Source: Octopus sinensis
Taxonomy: Eukaryota
Direction of reading: 5' to 3'
Assembly: GCF_006345805.1 (NCBI RefSeq)
Contig: NW_021829921.1
Coordinates: 1-46,371, forward strand
Length of the DNA: 46,371 nucleotides
This document shows, piece by piece, positions 1 to 12,686 of the stretch. The notes beneath the pieces were generated by a model. That model was given only the letters and a program-made list of their open reading frames with translations, was not told the origin of the DNA and ran no database searches. Each line of letters opens with the position of its first letter. Positions within the stretch are counted from its first letter, which is position 1. The position numbers and the translations under genes were made by a program.

Positions 1-885
1 CGATTTTGACTAATCAGGGTCGATTTTGACTAATCTTGAAACGTACGTACTCAAATAACCTTTGCATTGATTTTTTAATGTCTCTACCCCCATACTTCCT
101 TGAGTTGAATTGAGCAAACACTATATGAGAGAGGTTTTCTTAAGTGTTGGAAATAGTTTTATAAAAAGGTTTTTTTAGCTGCTATTTCTAACGAGTTCAG
201 TATGCGGCAAAGTAATTATTTACTAAGCCCTTTATATAATGTAATAATTTGAATTCGCCTTAATGGTCCCTTTGCATACTGAATATTGGTGAAATTGATT
301 AATTAATTAATTAATTTTACCCTCAATTGTTGAAATTATAATTCATCTCTCTCTACTTAATGTCTCGGATTTTACCGAAAAAAGCATAGTGTTTGCTGAT
401 TTTAACCCACGCTGGGGAAAGGGAGGGAGAGCAGAAATTCTTCGCTTGCATTTGAGTTTGTTGGCACTGTTAGTTTGGAGCAGATCTTCAGAAGCGATAA
501 CAAGCCGAAAGGGTATGCTCCGATTTTCAGTGTTTTCAAATTCAAACAAGGGCATTCTGAGCTGATGAGAGAAGGGTCGATTTTGACTAACTTGAAACGT
601 ACGTACTCAAATAACCTTTGCATTGATTTTTTATGTCTCTACCCCCATACTTCCTTGAGTTGAATTGAGCAAACACTATATGAGAGGTTTTCTAAGTGTT
701 GGAAATAGTTTTATAAAAAGGTTTTTTTAGCTGCTATTTCTAACGAGTTCAGTATGCGGCAAAGTAATTTATTTTACTAAGCCTTTTATATAATAATATT
801 TGAATTCGCCTTAAATGGTCCCTTTGCATACTGAATACTTGGTGAAATTGATTAATTAATTAATTATTTACCCTCAATGTTGAAA
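1..885 (+). mobile_element. Tandem non-coding Penelope-like pseudo-LTR / retrozyme-like element (about 1.6 units visible)
   Basis: Positions ~16-342 recur at ~573-885 as a near-identical direct repeat. Each copy carries the GAAAC-GTAC-GTA hammerhead half, and the element ends in (TA)n. Confidence 0.75.
558..609 (+). ncRNA. Type I hammerhead ribozyme, canonical core
   Basis: TGAG-CTGATGA-[GAG..GGTC/GACT..CTT stem II]-GAAAC-GTAC-GTA-CTCA. Stem I is TGAG/CTCA, stem III is the palindrome ACGTACGT, and cleavage is predicted after A605. Confidence 0.85.
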
Positions 886-1319
886 TATATATATATATAT
901 ATATACTTTGATACTTTGATAGGTTTCGGCCATTATTGGACCAGACCATGTCTAACTTAATAGCACCACCTGGTGCTATTATATATATATGAGACACTTA
1001 ATTTTTCGTCAATTTCCGATTATTTCACTCCCACTAAACTATTCAATAGATGTCCCTTCAAGATTGAAAGGAATTTAGCAAAAGCTAGTTGTGTTGTCCG
1101 AACTTCGGAAATATATTCCGAAAAGCCAAATTTATTTTAGTCATTCATATAAGTATATGGTACGTTGCATTAATTATAATCACGTGCACACATACAAACT
1201 TATACAGTTTTAGTTATGTTTCGCTTACGCTTTACTTCTTAAGAAATACTGCAGTCGATACGGTTATTTACCAGTCAGCTGGCACGCGTGCGCGTTTATA
1301 TCGCTGTGTTCCTCTCAAC

Positions 1320-1431
1320 GTGTATGTGTATACATACATACATACAATATATATATATTATATATATATATAATATATACATTATCTATATATATGTATG
1401 TGTATACATACATACTTATTTACATATACAT

Positions 1432-1479
<48 letters not shown>

Positions 1480-1545
1480 ATATATATATATATTTTGAGA
1501 TTACATACATACATACATATATAAACACAATACATTTATATATAT

Positions 1546-1603
<58 letters not shown>

Positions 1604-1660
1604 TAATATATATATATATATACATACAACATTTATAAATATATATATATATTATATATA
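1320..1660. repeat. Compound (TA)n/(TATC)n/(TACA)n microsatellite
   Basis: Directly visible simple repeats. Confidence 0.95.
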
Positions 1661-2161
1661 TAAAACTCTAGTTGTGTGAGCGTCTGTCCCCTTCGATTTA
1701 GATTCCTAACTACTCACACATTTTGGTGCGTTGCAGTTTAACCAAATTCGGGTATCTTATAGTCGTGATTCATATCAAGCCCGTCTGGCTATTAGCGCGC
1801 ATCTACGATGAGTCTACGATTTTAAAAATAATTAACATCATTTTTTATTCCATTTTAACGCATAATTTTCGTGTGTCGATGGCGGCGGAGTTGGCGTCCA
1901 CGCTCACAGCTGCACCTGTTTGCTTCTCCCCCTTCCCTCCCTCGTGAAGCTGTGGGGAAGGGAGTGTAAAGAAATCAACGTCGTAATGCGTTGTCAAGGA
2001 GACCAGCGTTCTTTTAGAACAACGACTTCATGGCATGAAGACACCAAAAACAGAAATGGCTAAGAAAGCCCGAATTGGCATCTATAAGGGAAGTAACTCT
2101 CTAAAAATGCTTATATAGTTATTTCCCTTACAAACCGAGCAACGCCGGGCGATACTGCTAG
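1652..2161 (+). mobile_element. Non-autonomous Helitron, copy 1
   Basis: Homologous to 32318-32709 and 44794-45190. The 3' end has the CCGAGCAACGCCGGG hairpin followed by CTAG|T. The 5' TC is blurred by (TA)n. Confidence 0.8.
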
Positions 2162-2208
2162 TATATATATATACATATATATACATGCACACATATATAT
2201 ATATATAC

Positions 2209-2246
<38 letters not shown>

Positions 2247-2695
2247 TCATCTACACATACATACATGCACACACACACGAACACCCACCCTTGCACAAGC
2301 TCACACGATACCCTCCCTGCTTTTAAAAAACTGTACGGTAATATATTTATTGTTAAATTGTTATATTTTCTTAGTTGAATGACCACATATAATCTTCGTC
2401 TCTTTTCCCGCTACCAACACCACCACCACCATCACAGTATTAGATGGTCAAAACCAAGAAGTGAGGTCATTAATTTGAATTTGCTTGAGATAAGATACGC
2501 GGAGAGAGAATAAGTTTGAAAAAAAGCACCGTAAGGGCAGTCGTCGGATGAGAGTTGCAATGTTTATAATTAACAGACGGAAGATAGATTTTAGCACCAG
2601 CGGCGGCTTTGTTAGCTAATGTTACTTGTAAAGCTTTCAATATTTACGTTTTATGATGTGCCTGTAAGTTAGCTTTTCTGTGTGTGTGTGTGTGT

Positions 2696-2726
<31 letters not shown>

Positions 2727-3911
2727 GGTGTGTGTGTGAGTGGGAGCGATGACTTTGGAATCGGAAGCTAACAATGATTGCAAATTATGTAGTGTTATCA
2801 GCGGTGGTACTGATTTTAGTGACATCTTCTTTATTTAGAAGAGGAAGATCTTTGTATTCTGTAAAGTTAATAGAATTCCTCTTGGCAATTGGATAGAAAA
2901 CCCGTCTGCAGTTTAGGATGTGAGATAACTTGCAAGTTATGTGGTTGTATTTGTTTTTGTTGTTGCTTTTGATTTTGTTGTTGCTGTTGTTGTTTTGTTA
3001 TTGCTCTTGTAGCTTTTGCTTGGCACCAGGTCAATTCTGATGAAGCAGACATATTCTCGAAGTGTTTCTGCCACGTACAGCTCATCTTATTCCTAGACGT
3101 ATATTTTACAGGACTTCATTACCAGACATCTTTTTCCAGTTTTGAATGAAGATGTTTATATGTAGATTGAGTATAACTGGACTTCTATTTCTTGTAGTGA
3201 CCAGAAAGAAGGTTACTTTCGCGGTCTCTCTCACTTATCATCACATTATCGGATATATACAGGTTAAGTTGTAATGTCTTAAATAATATTAGTTTATTGT
3301 CGGTTCCCTTAACATGCAGCAATAGGTAAAATATCTCTACGCTAAACTACTTATGAAAATTGATGTGCAGTGAACGTTTTTAATGGCGGTGTATCGAGTA
3401 AATATAGAATTGGAGAATTATAGAATTTCCAACCAATAATTACTCTACTTTTAATGTAGCAGAAATTTTCGATTGTCAAAAGATGTGGAGTATGAAATGT
3501 AACACGCGGAGATTCGATCGCTCTGATTAGATTAAAAAGTGGCATTTTAATGTAAGAAAAATTTCGAAAATAATTGAAAGACAAGACGTTGTGGTTAATG
3601 AGTTCGAATTGGTGAAGAAAACAAATTTTATTTCGGTTCTAGAATCATAAAAGACAGAAAGGTGGTGTTCATTAAAGGCAAGAAGGATGAGGTTTTGAGT
3701 TGAGTTGAGATCTATGTATTCAATGCGAAAGAAGATAGAGGAAGACATTTTAGTACTTGGAGAAATTCAACAGACATTTAAAATGGTTTGTAAACAAGTT
3801 CGCAGATCACATTGAAAGCATTCGAGTAAAGCATAACTCCTAGAAGATTCTTAGCTGTACTCACCAACTTTTTTAGAGGGCAGAGTTTATATTTATGAGT
3901 TAGAGAGAAAT

Positions 3912-4766
3912 ACTGATTTCAAATTTTGGCACAAGACCAGCACTTTAGGGGAGGGAGTAAGTCGATTGCATCGACCCCATTTCTCAATTGCTATTTATTT
4001 TAACAATCCTGATACGACGAAAGGTAAAGTCAATCTCGGGGGAATTTGAACTCAGAATATAAGGATGAACGAAATGCCGCTAAGCATTTTGCATGGCATG
4101 CTAACAATTTTGCCAGTTCACCGCTTTTAGTCAAAGTGAAATACTGATTCCAAATTTTGGCACGAAGCCAGCAATTTAGGAGAGAGAGTAAGTTGATTGC
4201 ATCGACCCCTATACTCAACTGATACTCATTTTAGCGACCCAGAAAGAATAAAAGGCAAAGTCGACCTCGACGGAATTTGAAACCAGAACGTGAGGGCGGA
4301 CGAAATGCCGCAAGGCATTTTGTCCGGCGTGATAATGATTCTTTTCTACTCTAGGCACAAGGCCTGACATCTTTGAGGAGGGGGAACCAATCGATTAGAT
4401 CGACACCAGTACATAAGTAGTACTTAATTTATCGACTCCAAAAGGATGAAAGGCAAAGTCGACCTCGACGGAATTTGAACTCAGAACGTAAAGTCAGACG
4501 AAATACCACTAAGCATTTTGCCCGATGTGCTAACATTTCTGTCAGCGTACCGCCTTAGAAATCTTCTTATATTCTTTTCTACTCTAGGCACAAGGCCCGA
4601 AATTTTAGATCGACCCCAGTACGCAACTGGTACTTAATTTATCGACTTCGAAAGGATGAAAGGCAAAGTCAACCTCGGCGGAATTTGAACTCAGAACGTG
4701 AAGACGGACGAAATACTGCTAAGCATTTCGCCCGGCGTGCTTACATTTCTGCCAGCTCGCCGCCTT
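3912..4766 (-). mobile_element. Four head-to-tail copies of tRNA-headed SINE family A
   Basis: Repeated reverse complement of GAGTTCAAATTCC (B box)-GCCGAGGTCGACTTTGCCTTTCATCCTTTCGGGGTCGATAAATTAAGTACCAG at ~3912-4107, 4142-4341, 4341-4557 and 4571-4766. Confidence 0.85.
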
Positions 4767-5009
4767 TACGAGTCATTAAGACGTATTTATTTTACGGTGT
4801 TTTTGTTGTCTAACTAAAATTAGTTTTGAACCAGCAGACAGAAGATGGAAACGATTTCAGATCTCACTGTATCTGGTGTCCTCGTGTATCTATGACTCCA
4901 TTATCCAACGTGTGTCCTTCTCTTCTTTCGTCGGTAAGAGAATGACTCGAAGGCTATTTGGTATTTCGTAGTCAGAACCACGGCGTTGGTGGTGGATGGT
5001 AAAATAACT

Positions 5010-5173
5010 GTTTCTTTATTACCCACAAGGAGCTAAACATAGAGGGGACAAACAAGGACAGACAAACAGATTAAGTCGATTACATCGATCCCAGTGCGTA
5101 ACTGGTACTTAATTTATCGACCCCGAAAGGACGAAAGGCAAAGTCGACCTCGGCGGAATTTGAACTCAGAACG
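5010..5173 (-). mobile_element. SINE family A, 5'-truncated
   Basis: Same B box and core, with the TTTAGCCCCTTGTGGG-type tail. Confidence 0.85.
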
Positions 5174-5209
5174 TGAACTTAAGTTTATTAAATACAAGAA
5201 TCGTGCAGC

Positions 5210-5480
5210 AGGTGGCAGTGGTGACGGTGATGGTGGTGGTGGTGGTGGTGGGGATGATGATGGTGTTGATGGCGATGATGATGATGATGATGATGACGAT
5301 GTGGGTGACGGTAGTGGTGGTTGCGGTGGTTGGTTTCCGATGGACGTTTGGTGATGATAACGACGTCGACAAAAACGATGACGAAGACGATGAGAGCACC
5401 GGCGATGGCACGATGATGTCTGATAATGATGAAGACGGTGGTGATGAGGACGGAGATGTTGATAGTGAAGATGATGACAA
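5210..5480. repeat. Degenerate (GGT)n/(GAT)n trinucleotide tract
   Basis: Visible repeats that explain the poly-G/D/S/H ORFs. Confidence 0.9.
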
Positions 5481-6231
5481 TGCCGCGGAAACACTAATTC
5501 TGTTCTATTTAGATTCCTTTTTTCGCTGTCATAAGGAAAACATTTCACCATTAGAATTTCATATTTAAAATTTTTGAGGGCACAATAGAAGATTTTATGT
5601 AAATGCGTATAACGAGAATCATAGCTGTTCGAAAAGTTGGAGCTTTTCCAGTCGATAAGCACGACGAAGCACAGAAGAATAAAGATGGATGGTGAGGTAA
5701 ATTTAATGGAGAAAGCCATCGCCTCTGTTTTCTTTATATCATACTATTACCATAATTGTAATCAAAATTCTCGTAAGAAGACACTTTGGCAACATAGTGT
5801 AAAGTGCTTTTTATGATTTTTTTTGGATGCAGGTGGCATGATGGAGTGAAAAGAAAATTTATTACGGAGCGTGAACAAAAAACTTCAGTCTCATCAGTTA
5901 TTATAAAAGATCTTTATTCTGCTTTGAGAATCCGCTTCCTGGCAAAATAGTTTTTGATTCCAACAGAATGACAAAAATCTTTGGATTTCTAGTTTGTCAT
6001 GTTTCAGGAAAAGCAGTTTTCGTATTAATTAAAATGATATAATACTATATAACAGAAGCAGTATTAATTCGGAATAACAGTATATATCTTACACAATGTT
6101 GATATATTGCAATAAAACGTCTTGAGGAAACGTCTTGTATATAGATATAATGCTAAAAAAACACACTAGTGTATCAGTACGTGATGCAAAGGGTCCAAGC
6201 AGCAGCGAATATATATATATATATATATATA

Positions 6232-6450
6232 CACCGGAGTAAACACATAAATGTGAAACAAGGTGGAAAAAGAGTACTCAAGTACCAGTGGTAGAGTAAT
6301 ATGCTTTATTTAAAGCAGCAGAAAAATTCAACAAAACCTGTTACTCTGAGTTTCACGTTCCCGTTCGTCGGACAGCTTTTGCTATAGCACGAACGGGAAC
6401 GTGAAACTCAGAGTAACAGGTTTTGTTGAATTTCTGCTGCTTTAAATAAA

Positions 6451-6453
<3 letters not shown>
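6232..6453 (-). mobile_element. Penelope-like pLTR remnant with inverted repeat, inside (TA)n
   Basis: Arms ~6302-6368 and ~6389-6453 are reverse complements. A unique tail occupies 6232-6301 and (TA)n lies on both sides. Confidence 0.75.
6338..6375 (-). ncRNA. Minimal type I hammerhead, CCGACGA core variant
   Basis: Minus strand reads CTGT-CCGACGA-ACG GGAA CGT-GAAACTC A GAGTA-ACAG. All three stems pair, and the core has U4C. Confidence 0.75.
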
Positions 6454-6498
<45 letters not shown>

Positions 6499-6954
6499 TA
6501 TATATACATACATACATACATACATACATTAGTGCATGTGGATGTGTACATGTTTGATTTTATGTTTGCCTCGCTTAGAAAATAATGGTTTGAAATTTGG
6601 CACACGACTAGCAGGTTCGGAGGTGGGGATGGGGTGTTGATTCGATTAGATCGAGCCCAGTGTTCAACTGGTACTTACTCTTTTTTATCTACCCTGAAAG
6701 GATGAAAGGCAAAAATAATGCTATTCGTCCACATCTTTGTAACATAGTCATTCCACAAACAAATATCATGTCTCCAGCTTAAAGATATGTTCTTCGATCG
6801 ATGGCACCGACCAGAACCCTTCAAAGTGGTGTCTTAGCATTGCCGCACTCCTATGACTGAATTGAAATAGCAGAATGCAAAGAGTAAACAAATATATATT
6901 TCATATTTAACCCAGTGCGTCGTATTACGTTCCAAATGACGCATTGCCTAAATG

Positions 6955-7270
6955 AAGGCGCACGACCCAGTAGTTAGAGCGTCAGGCTCACGATCATGAG
7001 GTAGTTAGTTCGATACCCGGAACAAGACACTTTATTTCCCGTTGCTCCAGTTCAATTAGCAACGGAAATTAGTTGTGACATCATTGGTGCCAAGCTGTAT
7101 CGGCCTTTGCTTTTCCCTTGGATAACATCAGTGGTGTGGAGAGAGGAAGCTGGCAAGTATTGGGTGACTGCTGGTCTTCTAAAAACAACCTTGCCGGACT
7201 TGTGCTTTGGCGGGGAACTTTCTAAGTGCAATACTATGGTCATTCATAAGTGAAGGGGTTCTTTACCCTT
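6955..7270 (+). mobile_element. Diverged tRNA-headed SINE related to family B
   Basis: Head GAAGGCGCACGACCCAGTAGTTAGAGCG...GTTCGATACCCGG has A/B-box-like motifs. Confidence 0.6.
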
Positions 7271-7484
7271 TAACACAAGGCCTTCAAACATAATACTATA
7301 TGTGTTTTCATTGTTAGGCAAAGACAAAACCATAATAGGTAAAAAAAAAAAAAACTGTTGGTGACAGTTTTGAGCTTCCTATACTTTGCTTTTGAGTTTT
7401 ACTGTAGAAGAGACGGTATATAATGTTACATTGTTTAGTATTTTTTGAGATATGCTTCGATTATAAGATTCCTCTTCATAACTT

Positions 7485-7625
7485 ATTGTTGGCATCCATT
7501 TTGTCTCAGGAGACAATGGACTTGCGCATAAAATAATTCAATCCGGTTTTTACATTTCATGTCCTAATACATCTCCTGCTATGGCTGTGTAGACTTACGC
7601 TTGACAAACTCTCCTTCTGGCATAA
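7485..7625 (-). mobile_element. 3' end of an RTE/BovB-type LINE
   Basis: Minus translation CQKESLSSVSLHSHSRRC resembles the RTE C-terminal CxxxCxSRIGLxSHxRxC. It is followed by the CCATTGTCTC..GAGAC..GGATGCCAACAA terminal hairpin and tail. Confidence 0.6.
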
Positions 7626-7661
7626 CTTATTTATATGTATATATATATATATATAATATAT

Positions 7662-7750
<89 letters not shown>

Positions 7751-9085
7751 TATATATATATGTATAAGTATTTTGTTGAGGAATATCAGCTGAAAATAAG
7801 CAACAAAATATCGTGCTGGTTTCTTAACGAATCCTTAGAGATATCTTTTCTGTACCAAGTAGCAGAAACTCCCTTGTCACTTGCAGTGTTAAAAGTGCAG
7901 CAAATCACTGAATGGAAACCGGAACCAAAGACACCGATGTTTACGTATTGTGTACGAAGTAAATAAATAACATCAAAACTAAAAATTACAATATATTAAA
8001 CATTTGCGCAAATATAAATTCTTTGGATGCGGTATCTCAATGAGCTTGTGGAACATGATAACAATAAAAGGGTACATCTCTGGAAAAGGTTATTAAAATT
8101 TCTTGTATTTTTATTGAACAGTTGATGTCTCTTCTGAAGATGATATTTTCATGAAAGTGTGTTTCTATATGCGTATGTCCATATATTATGCTTGCGTATG
8201 TGCTGATAAGGACATCAGTATGTATGTATGTGTATGTATACACGTGAATTTATGCATATATGTCAACGATAATAGGTTCATTTAGCAGAGAGCCCATCCC
8301 CCATAAAAATCAATAATAATTTCAAAAATAAGGCGTAAATATTATAAAAAACAATATTGTGGCTTTAAACGATATACCAGCAAAGATGAATAGTATATTT
8401 ACATATAGCAATTTACATATAAATGTTTAGTTGCAGGGAAAGTTTTATAGCTATGCGTATATGAACGCTTTCGTTTATTGTACTGAGCGCGTTTATATTC
8501 ATGTCCTGAATGTCATTCCAACAATGAAATTTGTATAATCAAGTGTCATTTTTGTTGTTCTTGTTTAAATATAATTACTGATTAGCTTTTGTTCAATAAT
8601 GTCTATTCAAAGGCTTTCTAGCAAAAGACAAAGCCGTTTATTTCTACAGACACAATCCTTAACATTGAATTGCGAAATGCACTGTTTGTTTGTTTGTATG
8701 TTTGTTCCTTTCTATGAAGAACTTTGGTCGTAATTCGAAGATGACATGGCTTGTAGTTTCCTTAGGTTGACCGATGCAGCCCTCCAGCAATGTGAAATTC
8801 AGTTGATCTCTGAAGTGTTTCTTTTTCCCCCCATCCAAGCTAACCATAAAAGACTCGGTAGCGAAACGAAACCTGGCATGTTCACTGCATGCACGAGACG
8901 TCTCAATTGCTGCCCGTGGGCATGTAAAGCACGTATATGAAAACACACAACAAACACTGAAGCAAATACATGCAAACTTAACTACACGGTAACCTGTGTC
9001 TAACCGAGAAATGTCTTATTTTTATTTTAAGTCTTGTTAGCCTTAAATGAAAGATTAGGATTAGCTCTTGGAGACACACACGCTT

Positions 9086-9511
9086 CTCTTTACTCTTTTT
9101 ACTCTTTTACTTGTTTCAGTCATTTGACTGCCGCCATGCTGGAGCACCGCCTTTAGTCGAGCAAATCGACCCCGGGACTTATTCTTTTGTAAGCCCAGTA
9201 CTTATTCTATCGGTCTCTTTTGCCGAACCGCTAAGTGACGGGGACGTAAACTCACCAACATCGGTTGTCAAGCAATGCTAGGGAAACGAACACAGACACA
9301 CAAACACACACACACGTACATATATATATATATATATATATAAATATATATACGACAGGCTTCTTTCAGTTTCCGTCTACCAAATCCACTCACAAAGCAT
9401 TGGTCGGCCCGGGGCCATAGCAGAAGACACTTGCCCAAGATGCCACGCAGTGGGACTGAACCCAGAACCACGTGGTTAGCAAGCTACTTACCACACAGCC
9501 ACTCCTGCGCC
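9086..9511 (-). mobile_element. Full-length tRNA-headed SINE family C with internal microsatellite
   Basis: Reverse complement of 38596-39091: head GGCGCAGGAGTGGCTGTGTGGTAAG, CORE-like CTTGGGCAAGTGTCTT, internal (TA)/(TG) tract, and GAGTAAAA-repeat tail. Confidence 0.85.
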
Positions 9512-10939
9512 TATATATTTTCTTTGTAATTTTATTCCTAGTCCTTTTCTCTACCATTTGCGTCTTTGATCTCCTGGGAATAAATGTTCTTTTAACCACA
9601 ATATTCTCACTTGTATTCTACTATACTCAATTTACCATGCGCAAGGCCTTAATATATGCGTTTCACACTTGTGAGTTATGCTTCCTGCGCGTCTTAACCG
9701 AACCGTGTAATCGCAGTTTACATCTTGCCATCAGTTCTTTAGGAAAATTACGTGTTTCCCGCAATTGTCAGTATTTCTAATTCTACAAGAGTGGTTCTTC
9801 TAACTGTCATGTATCTACACATCATCTTTTATTAATGCTTCCATTTACGACTCTGTATTATTACAGCTTTAATTGTTCAAAATCCACATCGAAAAATAAT
9901 CTTTCGTATCTTTTCCTATTTTTTCTGTTTTCTTCTCATCTACAATCGCCACAAACCCATTTCTTCCCTTTCTTTTGCATATTTATCCATATTAATATAT
10001 TTATTTTGTGTACAACGTTGCCTTCATGACCATAAAAAGAGCTTTGCCTCGATAATATTATTTCATTAAAACTCCTAGAAATATTTACGCTGTATCTCTA
10101 TGAAACATCCGTCTTATATTCTATTCATTATTATCACCTGGAGATCGGAGGAGTGGAACTGAAGTTTACGTTTTATGAATTTTCTGATTTCAATAAAATA
10201 TCATAGAGGAATCTTCATAAATGCATAAAATATACGAAGTATTTTCATACAAAACAAGCATACTAATTTAATTATTCACAAGTATTTTATATTCAATATT
10301 TCTTTTTCGTTTATCTAGACGTGTTCATCTTTAACTTATTTTCAGGAGAAGTCATTAAAATTCTGACAGTAATTCTTTAAATCCGCCGTTATTGAAAGAA
10401 TCAGGTCACATTCATATTCAACATAAATTTACATATTAAAACAAATATGGCTGACCTTCCTCAGCTATCGATTCAAACATGCGGAAAATACATTTTCACA
10501 TAAAATTTTCGTTGTATTTTTCATTTTATCTCATTTCATTGAATTCCTGTTGTTATTTCTAATGCTGTTATCTTAGAGAGAGATAAAGTTTGATTTAAAT
10601 GTCTTGTATTACGCTTCGTCTCTCAATGATCGGATTTAGCTTTCGAGACATGCCAAAAGCAACGTCACATATAGTTTCCTTAGAATCAATGAAATAAGTA
10701 CCAGTAATATGGTACTGTTGCTTCGATTTCCTATAACCCCTTTTCGAAAACAAAAAAAAAAACAACCCAAAACAAAATAAAACAAAAACAAAATCGATCT
10801 ATCATTTAAAGGAGAAAAATTACCATATCAACAACAGTATAAACCCACTATCTTTTCTCTTCATTTCTTCATCGCATTAATCTCGAAGAACGACATTATC
10901 AGAATCATATCAATGATATGAAATATTTTATTATTTTAT

Positions 10940-11130
10940 TATTCTTAACTGCTTCAGGTATTTGAGTGCGGTCATGCTGGAGCACATGATCCAAGACGTT
11001 TTAGTCGATCAGATCAATGTCACTCATTTAGAAACTTATTGTATGGTTGCTATTTGTCAATGAGGACAGTTTATATTTTGAGACATGACGCAAAATTTTA
11101 TACCAGCATAACAAATACACACTCACATAT
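10940..11130 (-). mobile_element. Degraded 3' half of SINE family C
   Basis: TGCGGTCATGCTGGAGCAC...TTTAGTCGA matches the family C tail. Confidence 0.5.
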
Positions 11131-11218
11131 GCACACAGATTAAACATACATACATACATACATACATACATACATACATACATACATGCATACATGTATA
11201 GACATATACACACACATA

Positions 11219-12686
11219 CATTGGACAAAATAATGGAAACACCTAGCATCATAGAATCATAATTTTGAAATATCTATAAAACCGTCAAAAGCTTGTTTAT
11301 TTTTATGTTTTTTTATTATTTATTATTAGTATTGCTTAATATGATAATGCACCAATTCACACAGCTAAAGTTGTTACAGAATGGCACAAGGAACATTCTA
11401 GGGAAAATGAACATCTTATCTGGCCACCACACTCCCCAGATCGTGATATTATTGAACATTTATGATGCATTTTAGAAAAACAAATAAGGAGTTGATATCC
11501 TCCACCACCATCACTACAAGAACTGGAAACTGTTTTAGCTGAAGAATGGGCAAACATTCCTTTGGAAAAATATGTTTTGCTAGAATTGCTGTTTCGTTTC
11601 AGATTTCATCAGAAAAGGTAATTAATATTCATTAAAATGACAGATATATCGGACTTTCAAAGAGGTCAAATTGTTGGTGCTCGTATTTGATACACTAAAC
11701 AAGAAGTTTGGTGTATCAAGAAGTGCTGTCTCAAAAGTAATGACAGCCTTTGAGAAAGAGGGAAAAAACTCCTCGTCTAAACAAAACTCCTGTAGAAAAC
11801 CAAAACTTTCAGATAGGGACCGTTGGGCTCTTACGTGAATTGTTAGAAAGGATCACAAAAGAACAGCTTAATGACTACCTCGAGAACCCAGTTTCAGAAA
11901 AACTGTTCGCCGGGAGCTGCACAAATCCGGATTTTACGGGAGGGCTTCAATCAGAAAACGACTACTTTTAAAACCAAACGTTGCAAAGCGTTTAGAGTGA
12001 AGTAAAAACCTGCAGAATTGGTCCCTGGAGCAGTGGAAGAATGTTATTTTCTTGGACGAGTTATCCTTTACCTTATTTCCGACCATTGGCCGAGTATATA
12101 TGTGGAGACCACCAAAAGAAGCATTTGACCCACACTACATTCTTCCAACTGTTAAATATAGAAGACCTGTGATGATCTGGGAAGGGGGGGGGGGCTATAT
12201 TTTGGAAATCTGCCGACCGAATGGTTTTCCTTCATGGCAGAAATAATAGTCAAGACTATTTAAGCATTTTATCAAATTCATCCTATGGTTGCAGAACTGT
12301 TTCCGGAGAGAAACGCAATATTTCAGGATGATAATACACCAATTCACACAGCTAAAGTTGTTACTGAATGGTACAAGGAGCATTCTAGTGAAGTTGAGCA
12401 TCTTATCTAGCCACCACAGTCCCCAGATCTCAATATTATTGAACATTTATGGTACATTTTAGAAAAGCATGTAAGGAGTCGATATCCTCCACCACCATCA
12501 CTACAAGAACTGGAGACTGTATTAGCTGAAGAATGGACAAATATTCCTTTGGAAAAAATTCAAACTTTGTACGAGTCCATACCTCATAGAATTCACGCTG
12601 TAATTAGTGCCACAGGCTGTCCCTACCCCATATTACAATAAATTTGTTTGAAATTTTAAGGTGTTTCAATTATTTTGTCCAACCCC
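11219..12686 (+). mobile_element. Decayed Tc1-like DNA transposon with DD36E spacing
   Basis: TIR pair TTGGACAAAATAATGGAAACACCT (11221) / AGGTGTTTCAATTATTTTGTCCAA (~12659-12682). Transposase remnants MTDISDFQRGQIVGAR, WKNVIFLDE and FQDDN..PQSPDLNIIEHLW, with stops and frameshifts. Confidence 0.9.
11637..12635 (+). pseudogene. Tc1-family transposase pseudogene
   Basis: Motifs as above, with several in-frame stops (e.g. TAG replacing W in WPPQSPDL). Confidence 0.85.

Noticed and set aside
343-623. Short minus-strand ORFs inside the tandem HHR unit as a GIY-YIG remnant
   Set aside because: No GIY-YIG or RT motifs are recognisable.
5094-5719. 201-aa and overlapping low-complexity ORFs
   Set aside because: They span a trinucleotide tract and a SINE. 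The shared peptides RSEFKFRRGRLCLSS and MRNWYLIYRP are SINE A translations.
8133-8170. CTGAAGA..GAAA hammerhead-like spacing (similar lone boxes at 3037, 11605, 14040, 25784, 29797)
   Set aside because: Stem I and/or stem II or the GAAA box is missing, consistent with chance matches.
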